In this document: positions 52,839 to 64,000 of the stretch, piece after piece
How positions within the stretch are numbered: position 1 is the stretch's first letter
How the letters are laid out: every line of letters begins with the position of its first letter
Origin: Azolla caroliniana
Lineage: Eukaryota; Plantae; Polypodiophyta
Direction of reading: 5' to 3'
DNA: 64,000 bases
Assembly: GCA_043228905.1 (NCBI GenBank)
Contig: JBHGNT010000011.1
Coordinates: 6,882,001 to 6,946,000 of the forward strand
Translations under genes and position numbers: made by a program
The notes under the pieces: generated by a model
Database searches by the model: none
What the model was told of the DNA's origin: nothing
Seen by the model: the letters and a program-made list of their open reading frames with translations, nothing else

Positions 52839-54203
52839 TGTTGTGTAAAATTGTCCCTCCTTACAAGGGAGTCGGCTAAAAAGCCAAAATCGGCCGAAGA
52901 GCCGATTCGAGACACGGCACGGCCGAAGAGCCGACCCGTGCACAATCAACCCAAGACATGGCGAGGAGCCAACCCGTGCACAGCCGACCCGAGACACGGC
53001 TCGGCGGAAAAGCCGAACCGTGCCAAGAGTTGAAGGGGACTCAAATGTGGATACACATATATACACACTTCTCTTCACATCTACGTGTATGTGGGTTAGC
53101 ATACATATATGCTAAGAGGCATTCACTGCCTTTGTATGTGGGATAAATGACCCAGAGTAAAAGTAGTGAGTGTAGCTATATACATATAGTAAACTCAAGT
53201 GAGTGGTATTTTTATTATGAGTGGGTTTTAGGCGCGAGAGTGTGCAGAGCGAAAAATGAGTTGCAGAAGAGAAGTATGACTTAGAGAACGATTGGGTATA
53301 TACACAGTAGTGGCTGTGAGAACGCAATAGAAAAAGTTGAGTGTGTGTGAAGAAAAGGGTGAAGAACAAAAGGGAAGAAAGACGAGAACTGAGAAGCCTA
53401 GGGGAGCTTCGAAAAGGAAAGACACCTACGCATTAGGGTTTGGTATGCTCATCTGAAATCGTGGTATCAAAGAACATTCAGACCAATACAGGTTCTTTTA
53501 TTCAGTGGTTGTATTCTGTCTTTCGATCATAGTGAAATTTTGTTCCATGGTTTTTCCTTGAAATCAAGGTTTTCCACGTAAATCTTGTTTTACTCTTTAC
53601 TTTCAGTTTGTGTGTAAGGTTATTTCGTAATCCTTGTCTGAGTGAAAACTTATCAAACTGGTATAAGAGCATAGGTTTTAGATGGAAGGGGGTGTGAATG
53701 GCTTTCCGGGGATGATTGTCCTAAACTCACAAAACTACTCAGACTGGAAGATGAAAATGGAAGATCTTTTGATAGTCAAAGACTTATATGAGCCTATAGA
53801 GAATAAGGATATACCAAGAGGGGTAATAGAATCAGAGTGGAAAATTCTAAATAGAAAGGCAGTGGAAACTATAAGACAATGTGTAGACATTAGTGTCCTA
53901 TAACATGTAGCAAGTGATACCAATGCCTTCGAGTTATGACATAAACTCTCTGCCCTCTATGAAAGGAAAAATGCCTTAAATAAAACTTTCTTGATGAGGA
54001 AGATAGTGAGACTAAAGTATGTAGATGGGGAGAGTATTGTAGAGCACATTAGTACTTTTATGGGACTGGTAAATCAGTTAGCCTCAGCGAAGTTTCCATT
54101 AGATGATGTTATGCAGGCCACACTACTGCTATGTACTCTACCGGATAGTTCGGAAAACTTATTAGTGACACTCAGTACTTCATCTAAAGAAGACAACCTA
54201 TCT
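52839..54203 (+). mobile_element. Ty1/copia element E (Tnt1/Tork-like): 5' LTR and gag fragment, interrupted by D
   Basis: LTR ends ..TTATCA at 53655 (start approximate); PBS TGGTATAAGAGC 53659-53670; gag LNSQNYSDWKMKMEDLL from 53682 with stops. Confidence 0.8.
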
Positions 54204-54544
54204 TGTTGAGCGGCAAGCTCAACCGGAGCCGGATCGGCTGAATAAGCCTGAGCCGGTAAGCGAGATGAATCGGTATGCCAGTGAGCAACCGAGCCGGTAA
54301 GTAGTAAGGACCGGTGAGCTGGGGAGCCAGTATGCCGGATCCAATCCGTAACCAGAAGCCTAGTATAGGTTAGACTACCAGGCAGTTATAGTCTCGTAGT
54401 TAGTGTCAGATGCTCGTGTGAGCATTGAAATACACCGTACTTCTAACAGTCCCATGTGGACTTGTATAAATAGCGTTGATGAGCGCATTGTAACATAGAC
54501 AGAAAGCACAGAGTATTCATATAATTTTGAAAAATAGTGTGTCT

Positions 54545-54589
<45 letters not shown>

Positions 54590-57500
54590 GCCCGCTTACT
54601 CTCTCCCTCTCTTTGTGTATTGTTCTTTCTAACGCTTCCGCAAGCAATCTTTGACATGGTATCAGAGCGCGTGGGTTGAGAACCTCTGCTGCAGACATCT
54701 ACGCTAGTGAAGGAAACCCTAACAGATCGGAAAACAGACACAAAAGAAGAAATGGACAGAGGTATGGCTACGTCGCTCCCGGTGGAGAAGCTTGACAGAA
54801 CCAACTATGCATCTTGTTCATACAAGATGCACCAGTACCGGCTTGGGCATTGCTACTGGAGTTATGTCGATGGAGTGAACGATTCAGCACTGGAGACGAC
54901 ACACAAGGACTTCCCAGTGTGGGAACAGGCGGCAAGCAAGGTGATGTACTGCTTCGCGTCCAGTGTAGGTGACCAGCTGCTCAGCCATATTCGTGACGCC
55001 AAGACACCAAAGGATGCTTGAGGAAACTTGAAAAAGGTTTTCGCCGCAAGCACCATTGCCCAGAAGCTGCAACTCAAACAAGAGTTGAGCAATGTTCGAC
55101 AGAAGAACATGTCGGTGGCAGATTACACAGCCCGGATCAAAGGGATTTGCGACTCGCTTGCCTCTATTAACGTCACCGTAGAGGAAGACGAGATGGTGCA
55201 GGTCTGTCTTGGAGGCCTGGCGTCCAAGTTCGGAGCTTTCCGGACTGCGGTTTGTACAAGGGAGAATATGCCCTCATTTTTCGACTTACAGTCAATGCTC
55301 CTTGTAGAGGAGAACCACGCCGGTGCATCTACCAGTGCATCCCCAGATAGCCAAATGTTGTACATGGGAGCGGATCGGTCCCGCGGGCATGGTGGACGAG
55401 GCAGGTCGGTACGCAATGGAGGCGGCCGACAAGAGTAGGAAGGAAGGCACAGTGAGCGTGCCGACAGCAGTTCCGGGACTTCCACAAGCAGAGGGAGTTA
55501 AGGTGGTGCCGGAGGCCGGCAAGACAAATCCGCTACGGAATGCTGGTACTGTGGCAAAAAGGGCCACAGGGAAAGCGAGTGCTGGAGAAAGCGTGCCGAT
55601 TCGGACAAATCCGGATCCGGCAAGACCGGTAAGGAAGGACGGCAAAGCTCACACTACGCAAACGGATCAGGAGGATCCAAGAACGGTAAGGGGCCAACCT
55701 TGGTGATGAAGCACAAGACAAACTCAATGAAGAAGACCACTTCCAAATCGGAGGAAGTGTGGTACATTGACTCCGGCGCATCGAACCACATGACGAGCCA
55801 CGAGGAGTGGTTCTCCTTTTTGGAGAAGCCAGATCAACCGGGAGTTGTCGAAACCGGAGACGACACTCCCCACCAGATCATACACGTCGAAGAAGTCCCT
55901 TTGAGCCACGTCAGAGAGAGGGGGAAGCTGATGAATGTATTACATGTTCCGACTATCACGAAGAACCTGGTGTCGGTCGAACAGATTGTCAACCAGGAGA
56001 TGCAGGTGCGGTTTACGCACCTTGGGTGCTTCATTGAGGATGAGAGCGAAGTTATTGCGCAAGGGCGCAGAGATGGGAGGATGTTTATCCTCAACACCAA
56101 TGACGTCGGCACCACACTGTTTGCCAAAGGACAGAAGGTCGAGTCGGATATCGACCTGTGGCACAAGCGGATCAACCACGTCAACTACCGAAGGCTTCAA
56201 GACCTGCAAACGGAACAAGTCATTTTCGGTTTGCCAAAGTTTAGTGACCGGAGAGCCCATATTTGTGAAGCTTGCCAACTCGGGAAGCAACACCGGCTTC
56301 CATTCCCCACCGAGATGTCGAGTTTGATGAATCGGCATCGTGGTATTCTTTACCAACTCCGACTTCCGATCCCGACCCGATGTCGGAGGATGGGGCTAGT
56401 GAGCCTGAACCGGCCCAGGTAGAGAAAGATGAAGCCGGGACTCAAGATGAGAGTCCGGAATCATTCCGGTTAAGCGGACCGAATGAGAGACTGGATCAGT
56501 CCAACCAGTCGGATGATGAGACGGCGAGTAATGGAGACTCTGTCGTGCTCTCCCCGCGCAAGGAACCGAGGAGACGGTTCACACGCAAAGAGAAAGGGAA
56601 GCAGAAGATGCCTGAATTCGAGACCGATAATAATGAGTCAAATCGGTGCGTATTTGACTTCGGCAAGGACATAGGCAGATCTTCGGGAACGAAGACCGAA
56701 CCAGCCAAGAAGGGTCTCATACCAGGTAACGGTGAGTTACGCCGGTCCACCCACCAGAAGGATCCTGTTAAACGGTACAGGTATAACGAGTACATGGCAT
56801 ATCATTATGCGTACATGACCAAGGTCGCAGAAGTGCGTGAGCCGGAGAGCTACGCAGAAGCGACAAAGGACGCAAATTGGCGTGCCGCTATGGAGGAAGA
56901 AATGCGGGCACTAGATGCCAACGGAACTTGGGACCTGGTTGACCCTCCCCATCACTGTAAACCGATCGGATGCAAGTGGGTGTACAAGATAAAGTACAAT
57001 GCCGACGGTACAGTTAACCGGTACAAGGCCCAATTCGTGGCGAAGGGATATGCGCAAACCCACATAATCAACTACGACGAGACCTTCACTCCTGTAGCAA
57101 AGATGACGATGGTTTGTGTGGTACTGGCGGTTGCTGCAACAAGGGGGTGGCATCTTCATCAGATGGATGTGAAGAATGCATTCCTTCAAGGAGATCTTGA
57201 AGAATAAGTCTTTATGACTCAGTGTCAGGAACAATACTAAGACAGAGAAGGAATTAGTACTAAAAGAAGTATTAGTACTAAGAGAGGTGAAGAACTCTCG
57301 AGAGAAGGAAAGAGTGAGTGAGAGGGAGGGAGAGAGAGATCGAGAGAGAGACAGAGAGTGATGATAAGAAAAGATATATATTATGTGAAGAAAATGTACA
57401 GTAGCTAGGAGGCTTAAGACTGGCGTTGAACCGATTTGGTTCGAAATAATGCCTTGTGCCTCCTTTTATAGTGTTCTAAGGAATACTCCTGAAGTTTCTA

Positions 57501-57659
57501 GAATGTTCCAGAGAAATCTGGAATATACATCAATTTTCTATAATAAAATATAAATGAAAATAATATTCTATGTATTACAATGTATAGTCTAATGGTCAAG
57601 AGCTCGACCCATGTAGTATAAGGTCATGGGTTTGAGTCTTGCCATATCATGACATTATC

Positions 57660-60600
57660 CCTCCTTTAAAACGACGAGTGTAACGATTCAGTTTGGATTG
57701 AGGACCCGGTTTGTCTGGATATTGACGATGGAAGTCTTCAAGAAGAGCACGAGCATTGGTGACATTCTCTATCGGTTCCCAAGTATGCTCGTTGGGACTA
57801 TATCCTAGCTAGTCGACTAGATAGTAGAGCTTGTTGCGAACAAGCTTGGAATCAAGGATGGCGGCAACCTCGTACTCAGGTCCATCTTCAAGCTCGATCG
57901 GGGGTGGAGGCTGTGTAATACGTCCTGGGATGGTGCTTTCTTGATAGGGTTCGAGGAGAGAACTATGAAACACCGGATGTATCCGAAGTTGTGGAGGTAG
58001 ATCAAGACGAAAAGCAACATCATTAATCTTTCCGATAATATGGAAAGGACCTAATCGCCGATAATCCAACTTCTCGCATGGGCGAGTAGTCTTGATGTGT
58101 CATCGGAGTAGCCATACCCGATCTCCAATGTTAAAACTAGATGGGAGTCAATGACGATCCGCATAAACCTTGTGTGTTTGTTGAGCTTGTTGGAGATGAG
58201 TAGATAAATCCGCTTGTATCTTGCGTAACCTCTCCAAACGATCCTCTGCGCAAGGACTTGTGGACACCTCTGGGGTTTCAAGTACACACCACCGGGGGTG
58301 ACATCCCGTATAAGCATAAAATGGTGTAACTTTCGTGGATGCGTGGATAGAGTTGTTATAGGAAAATTCGGCGAAGTGGAGAATATCTGCCCAGTCATCC
58401 TGATGATAGCTGAGAAAGCACCGCAGATACTGCTCCAGCGTTTGATTGGTTCGTTCGGCTTGGCCGTCGGTTTGTGGGTGGTAGCTGGAGGAGAGGTTAC
58501 AAGTGACCTTGAGCATGTTAAAAAGGTGCTTCCAGAATTTTGACACGAACTGGGGTCCACGGTCGCTGATGATACTATCGGGAAGTCCATGATGCCAGCA
58601 TACTTCACGCATGACAATTTCGGCAGTGTCTTCACTGGAGATCTCCTTAGTACATGGCAAGAAATGAGCCATCTTCGTATATCGATCGACCACCGTTAGA
58701 ATCGCATTGAACCCCTTAGAGACTGGAAGATCTGTGATGAAGTCTAGAGCAATGGATTGCCACGGCTTGCTTGGAATTGGTAATGATTCTAATAAACCAT
58801 ATGGATGATGCCTTGGCATTTTCGCTCTGCAGCATGTATCACAAGTCCGAACAAAATCCTCGACAAATTGTCGCATACAGGGCCACCAGAATGATCGTTG
58901 TACTAAATGGAGTGTTTTAGTACTACCAAAATGCCCAGTTGTATATGTGTCATGACAGTTTTGTACTACTTGAAGGCGGCAAGAACCATTAGGAACATAC
59001 AAAAGTTCTTTAAAGAAGAGTAATCCATCATGGTATTTGAATTGTCGATAGTCCGTACCTGGTGGTTGCGACTGTGAACACGACGCTCGAGATGGATCAA
59101 TTTGTGCTAGTATAGCTTGGGCGAACGCATCTGTCTTCAAGTCTTTGCGTATGGTATCGATAACGCGGGAATCCATGGGCATGTCAAAGATCTTTGTTGC
59201 TTGTAGTCGTGCCGGTCCCAAAATGACTTGTTTTTGGTTATCAAAAGCTGGCCCGCCAGGACGGGGTGCTAAGTACGAACGTCGTGATAATGCATCGGCC
59301 TTCCCTTGGTGCTTCCCCGGACGATATGTAATTTTGAAGTCGAAACGCGTGAGGAAGTGGGCCCACTGAGCTTGACGTCGATTCAACACACGAGCATCCT
59401 GAAAGTAGGCAAGGTTCTTGTGGTCACTAAATACGGTGACCGGATGAGAGGATCCCTCCAGAAAATGCCTCCATTGCATAAAAAAATCCACTATTGCCAA
59501 TAGCTTCTTATCATGAATTTCGTAGTTGATTTCGGCGGCGTCAAACTTGCGTGAGTGAAAAGCCACAGGATGTAGCTTCTCATCATTCCCCTGTTGTGAT
59601 AGAATGCTCCCCAATGCAAAATCCGATGCGTCAGCTTCGATAATAAATGGTTTTTCCGGATCAACATGAGCTAGAATTGGAGCCGATGTAAATGCCTTTT
59701 TAAGACTCTCGAAAGCCATGTCCGTTTCTTCAAACCAAATGAACGGTTGTCCCTTCCTGGTAAGTTGTGTGAGAGGTAGAACGATCTTTGAGTAATCTTG
59801 TATGAACTTCCGGTAAAAATTGGCAAAGCCTAGGAAGCATTGCACATCCCGCACCGAACGTGGAGTCTGCCATTCTACCACCGTTTTGACCTTAGCTGGG
59901 TTCATGGAGATGCCTTTTTACGAAATGATGTAGCCGAGAAATTCCACTTGGTTGCACCCGAAACTACATTTTTCCAGCTTTGCATACAGACCATGTTCTC
60001 GAAGTCGTTTTAGTACTAATAGTACATGAGAATCATGTTCTTCTTGGGTCTTTGAATAAACTAGTAGATCATCCAAATAGATGATCAAACAATCATCCAA
60101 TAGATCTCGGAATATATCATTAGCCATGTGCTAGAAGACTGTCGGTGCATTAGTGAGGCCGAACGGCATGACCTTATACTCAAAGTGCCCATATCTGGTG
60201 CGAAACGCGGTCTTCCATTCTTCTCCTGGTCGGATCCGTACGAGGTTATATGCTCCCCATAAGTCAATCTTCGTGAAGAACCTGGCACCATTGATCCGTT
60301 CTAAAAGACTTGAGATAAGGGGAAGAGCATACCTATTCCTGATTGTAACCTTATTCAGGCCACAGTAATCTACAACAAGACGAAGCGATCCATCCTTTTT
60401 CTTGACGAAGAAAATGGGCGTGCCGGTTGGAGATTTCGAATGCCGGATGAAACCATTTTCCAAATTCTCCTCTATATAGGCCCGAAGGACTTCCAGCTCG
60501 GTTGGTGACAAATTGTAGATCGGTCCCCATGGCGGCTCTTTTCCCGGTTGTAAATTGATGGGGCAATCGTACGGTCGATGATGAGGAAGTGTGTTGGCTT

Positions 60601-61204
60601 GTACTTTATCGAACACATCGACGTAATGACGATACTTCTCAGGAAGTTGAACGGTGGATCCTTCTTTAGTGGTGCTGGAGGGGTTTACTGATATTGTAAA
60701 GAGGAACATTTTCTCCTTGTGCCCTTCTTTACGCAACTGACGTAGTGAAATGGTTGCCATCTTCTGAGTTGACCCTTGGGTTTGTCGACACCGGATTTCT
60801 CTTGTTCTCCAATCTATGTCTGGGTTATGTAACTCGAACCACGGTAATCCTAAAACTATGGGATGTTCTGGGATACTAATAATATTAAATGATACTACAC
60901 ATGCTAAGTTATCTAGGACAATATTAATGGGCTCTGACTCTTCTATGATATTTCTAGAAGCAATGGGACGTCCATCAATGACTACTACAGAGGCTGGACA
61001 CTGGAGTTTTCTTAGGGATATCTTATGAGCTTGAGCAAATTTCTTATCCATAAAGCAAGACTTAGCTCCGGAATCTAGGAGTGCTAGGACATGTACTAGA
61101 GGGGTACTTTTAGTACTAACTATTACTTGGGCTACGAACACATCACTAACTTGCTTAGAGGGAATGGAACCACTAATGGGTTGCACAGATCTAGGGTTGT
61201 CCAA
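57660..61204 (-). pseudogene. pol of the chromovirus (PR-RT-RH-IN-chromodomain) with a few stops/frameshifts
   Basis: ORFs 60131-61204, 59918-60127, 58148-59905 and 57809-58069. Confidence 0.9.
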
Positions 61205-61446
61205 CCAAACGGCTCCTATTTTGGCTGGACTTAGTCGTTTAACTCTTCTTCTAACTGACTAAGGACATCAAATCTGTTTGCTAGATCTAGGCTATTAGTA
61301 CTATTAGGACTATCAGATATCCCTACTGAAATAGGCTCGGGTTTAGTACAATTAGAACTAGCAACTATTTGGTTTACCTGTCTTCTTGGCCTATGGGGGC
61401 AATGTCCTGGTCCACCACAGTAAAGACATAGTCGATTTGTACGACG

Positions 61447-62370
61447 TCACTGCTTTTCTTCTTCGGATAATGGCCCTCGACGACGTGTAGTGTCAATCTC
61501 CATCGGAGTCGGAGTATTCGCTGGAGGCGCATTATATGACTCCCTCGGAAAAGGTCTTGCTACCATTGAGGCATAGGTGGGCTCTGATCTTGCCCTCGGT
61601 ATCTGTAGTTGTCGTTTCGAACGTCGCTCAAAGAGGCGGTTGTCACATCTCACCGCGCAATTGATTGCTTCTGTTAAGGACTTTGGCTCTTTGGGGAAGG
61701 TCAAGAGTAAATCCTTGGCGTCGTTGCGTAAACCATAACGGAATTGCTCCATCAACGCTTGATCATCCCAAGGGATATCAGCGGCGAGTAGGCGAAAATC
61801 TGCAGCATATGCAGAGGCTAGACGGTCACCTTGGCGTAATCGCCGAATTTTGTTGATTGCGGTCCTGATGCTGTCAGTATCTCCGAAACATGCTTTAAAC
61901 TCACCTAGAAACTCTTCAAAATTGTTGAGTAACGGGGATTCTTTTTCTAATAGTGGAGCGAACCATGCCAATGCTGAGCCACTTAACAATGTGCCTACTA
62001 AACCCACTCGTGATGCATCGGTGGGATACCGGTAAGGATGCATTTGAATAACTAATCGTACTTGGTTAAGGAAACCTCTAAACTGCGATCGTGTTCCATC
62101 GAACTTCGTGGGAAGGCCAATCTTGGGTTCTTTATGAATCCCTTGTGTTCCGGGCCCTTGTTGTTGCATCGCTACGATGGTTGCTTCGAGTTGTTGCACG
62201 CGTAACGCAAGTTCCCCATGTTGTTGTTGCGTTTGCTGCTTTTCTAAGGAGATTTGCTGAAGATCCCCCAGCAACCGTTGGTTTTCTTGTTCCAAAGCAT
62301 GGAACTTCTCTTTCAAGCATTGAAATTCCGAGAAAACAGATTGATATTCTTCAGCCCTAACAGTGGCCAT
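61447..62370 (-). CDS. Gag of the chromovirus (ends at a probable premature stop before the zinc knuckle)
   Basis: 307 aa ORF with KFDGTRSQFRGFL, LLSGSALAWF, LRQG..ASAYAADF, PMEID motifs. Confidence 0.85.
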   Translation of the reverse strand: MATVRAEEYQSVFSEFQCLKEKFHALEQENQRLLGDLQQISLEKQQTQQQHGELALRVQQLEATIVAMQQQGPGTQGIHKEPKIGLPTKFDGTRSQFRGFLNQVRLVIQMHPYRYPTDASRVGLVGTLLSGSALAWFAPLLEKESPLLNNFEEFLGEFKACFGDTDSIRTAINKIRRLRQGDRLASAYAADFRLLAADIPWDDQALMEQFRYGLRNDAKDLLLTFPKEPKSLTEAINCAVRCDNRLFERRSKRQLQIPRARSEPTYASMVARPFPRESYNAPPANTPTPMEIDTTRRRGPLSEEEKQ

Positions 62371-62552
62371 GGGATGAAAGAAAAGAGGAATAAGAGATTA
62401 GTAGGAAATGAGAGAGACAGAAGGTAGGAAAATCGGTTCAAATTGTCAAGAACAGTACTAAGACAGAGAAGGAATTAGTACTAAAAGAAGTATTAGTACT
62501 AAGAGAGGTGAAGAACTCTCGAGAGAAGGAAAGAGTGAGTGAGAGGGAGGGA

Positions 62553-62583
<31 letters not shown>

Positions 62584-63213
62584 TGATGATAAGAAAAGAT
62601 ATATATTATGTGAAGAAAATGTACAGTAGCTAGGAGGCTTAAGACTGGCGTTGAACCAATTTGGTTCGAAATAATGCCTTGTGCCTCCTTTTATAGTGTT
62701 CTAAGGAATACTCCTGAAGTTTCTAGAATGTTCCAGAGAAATCTGGAATATACATCAATTTTCTATAATAAAATATAAATGAAAATAATATTCTATGTAT
62801 TACAATGTATAGTCTAATGGTCAAGAGCTCGACCCATATAGTATAAGGTCATGGGTTCGAGTCTTGCCATATCATGACACTCAGCCCCCCGGATTTCAGT
62901 CGGAGGTGAACAAGTCGGCGGTATGCTGGCTGAGGAAGTCGTTGTACGACTTGAAGCAAGCCCCCCGTGCTTGGAATGCTAAGATCACGCACCGGTTGCG
63001 AAAGATGGGGTTTGTTGCCTCTAAGTCGAACTCTTCCCTGTTCATCTGTCAAGGCTCAAACGGTCCGGTATGTATCTTACTCTATGTTGATGATTTAGTC
63101 ATCACCGGCCCACGTCTTCCGGAAATCAACCGCGTCAAGTCCCAGTTGTCGGACGCATTCGATATGAAGGACATGGGGGACCTTCATTAGTTTTTGGGTA
63201 TCGAGGTGATCCG

Positions 63214-63956
63214 TGACGAGAACTCAACGCTCCTTATCCGCAACGCTCGGCCACAACCGAGCTTAGAATCATACACAAAAAACGGGAAATAATAAACGAC
63301 ACAAAGAAGAGAAGAGTACACAGGAGGTTTACGTGGAAAACCCCAAACTAGGGAAAAACCACGCCAGCCCACAGGCTGCAAACTGTCACTATATAAGAAT
63401 GTACAACAGTGAGTTCACGGAGGCAACGACCTCGTGCTCACAGTCTTCACCACATGCGGCGGTTACAACTGAGGCAGCGACCTCTATCTCTCTCTCTCTC
63501 TCTATACACTATTACGCGCACTAATCTCGTGCAAAACAAGAATGACAACTACAACTAAAAGTTTGCCCTAAGTCATTTTTATACTAATATGACTTTTCGG
63601 CTATTTACAAATATAGCCATGATGGACTCTCAGAAAACATATTTACGAATATGTCTCTTCATCCGGTTCTCACCGGGTCTGCACCATCCGGCTCTCCGTA
63701 GCCGGGTACTCCTCATCCGGTCTTCACCGGGTTTGTACCATCCGGCTCTCCGTAGCCGGGTACTCCTCATCCGGTCTTCACCGGGTCTGTACCATCCGGC
63801 TCTCCGTAGCCGGGTACTCCTGATCCGGTCTTCACCGGGTCTGTATCATCCGGCTCTCCGTAGTCGGGTACTCGTCATCTGGATTCGGCCTCGGCCGAGT
63901 TTGTTCATCGGCATTGTTCTTCTCCCTTCCCATCCGGAGGGACCTATCTCCCAATA
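63214..63956 (-). mobile_element. 3' LTR of copia-type element F; the body lies beyond the window end
   Basis: CGTGGTTTTTCC..GGTTTTCCACGTAAA motif on the minus strand; PPT GAAGGGGGAG at 63959-63968; interrupts RT of D. Confidence 0.75.
63660..63880. repeat. 54-bp tandem repeat x4 in U3 of LTR F
   Basis: CATCCGGTCTTCACCGGGTCTGTACCATCCGGCTCTCCGTAGCCGGGTACTCCT repeated. Confidence 0.95.
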
Positions 63957-64000
63957 AACTCCCCCTTCACTCTAGCATGAGGTGTCTTACCAGTCCGATC

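Larger units (their letters stand above)
57223..62879 (-). mobile_element. Full-length Ty3/gypsy chromovirus (Tcn1-like / Tf1-sushi group)
   Basis: LTRs 62444-62879 (5') and 57223-57654 (3'), TSD CTCAG (57218-57222 / 62880-62884), gag 61447-62370, LLDSGA protease, YLDD RT, RNase H, integrase with GPF, chromodomain EYEVAAILDSK..YYLVD, PPT AAAGGAGGGATAA. Confidence 0.96.
54204..63213 (+). mobile_element. Ty1/copia element D (relative of B and C); integrase core deleted; interrupted by chromovirus and by element F
   Basis: 5' LTR 54204-54656 with (CT)n, PBS iMet 54657-54668, gag, protease, deletion at ~56312, RT split as VFMTQ|PPGFQ by the chromovirus. Confidence 0.92.

Overview
Eukaryotic, almost certainly land-plant, nuclear repeat DNA; a seed-free plant such as a fern is likely, but that is inference. 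No host protein-coding gene is visible. From 7.3 to 48.0 kb the backbone is a head-to-tail tandem array of ~270-360 bp units, each carrying a tRNA-Asp(GUC) gene or pseudogene on the minus strand. A manual count gives ~68 copies, with at least 9 identical to the array consensus. The array has 3-mer (1056 bp) and 5-mer (~1.62-1.64 kb) higher-order repeats. Three copies of one Ty3/gypsy non-chromovirus family with a ~1040-codon extra ORF 3' of pol are present: one borders the array, one interrupts it and one is nested in a copia element. Two Ty1/copia elements also interrupt the array. The array ends in a short inversion fused to a mitochondrial-derived block (rrn18 5' part, trnC-GCA, decayed group II intron maturase). 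This is followed by a nest of copia elements containing a full-length chromovirus that appears to self-prime and has a tRNA-like Pol III promoter in its LTR. All calls are by eye; copy counts are manual and boundaries are approximate unless fixed by target-site duplications (TSDs).
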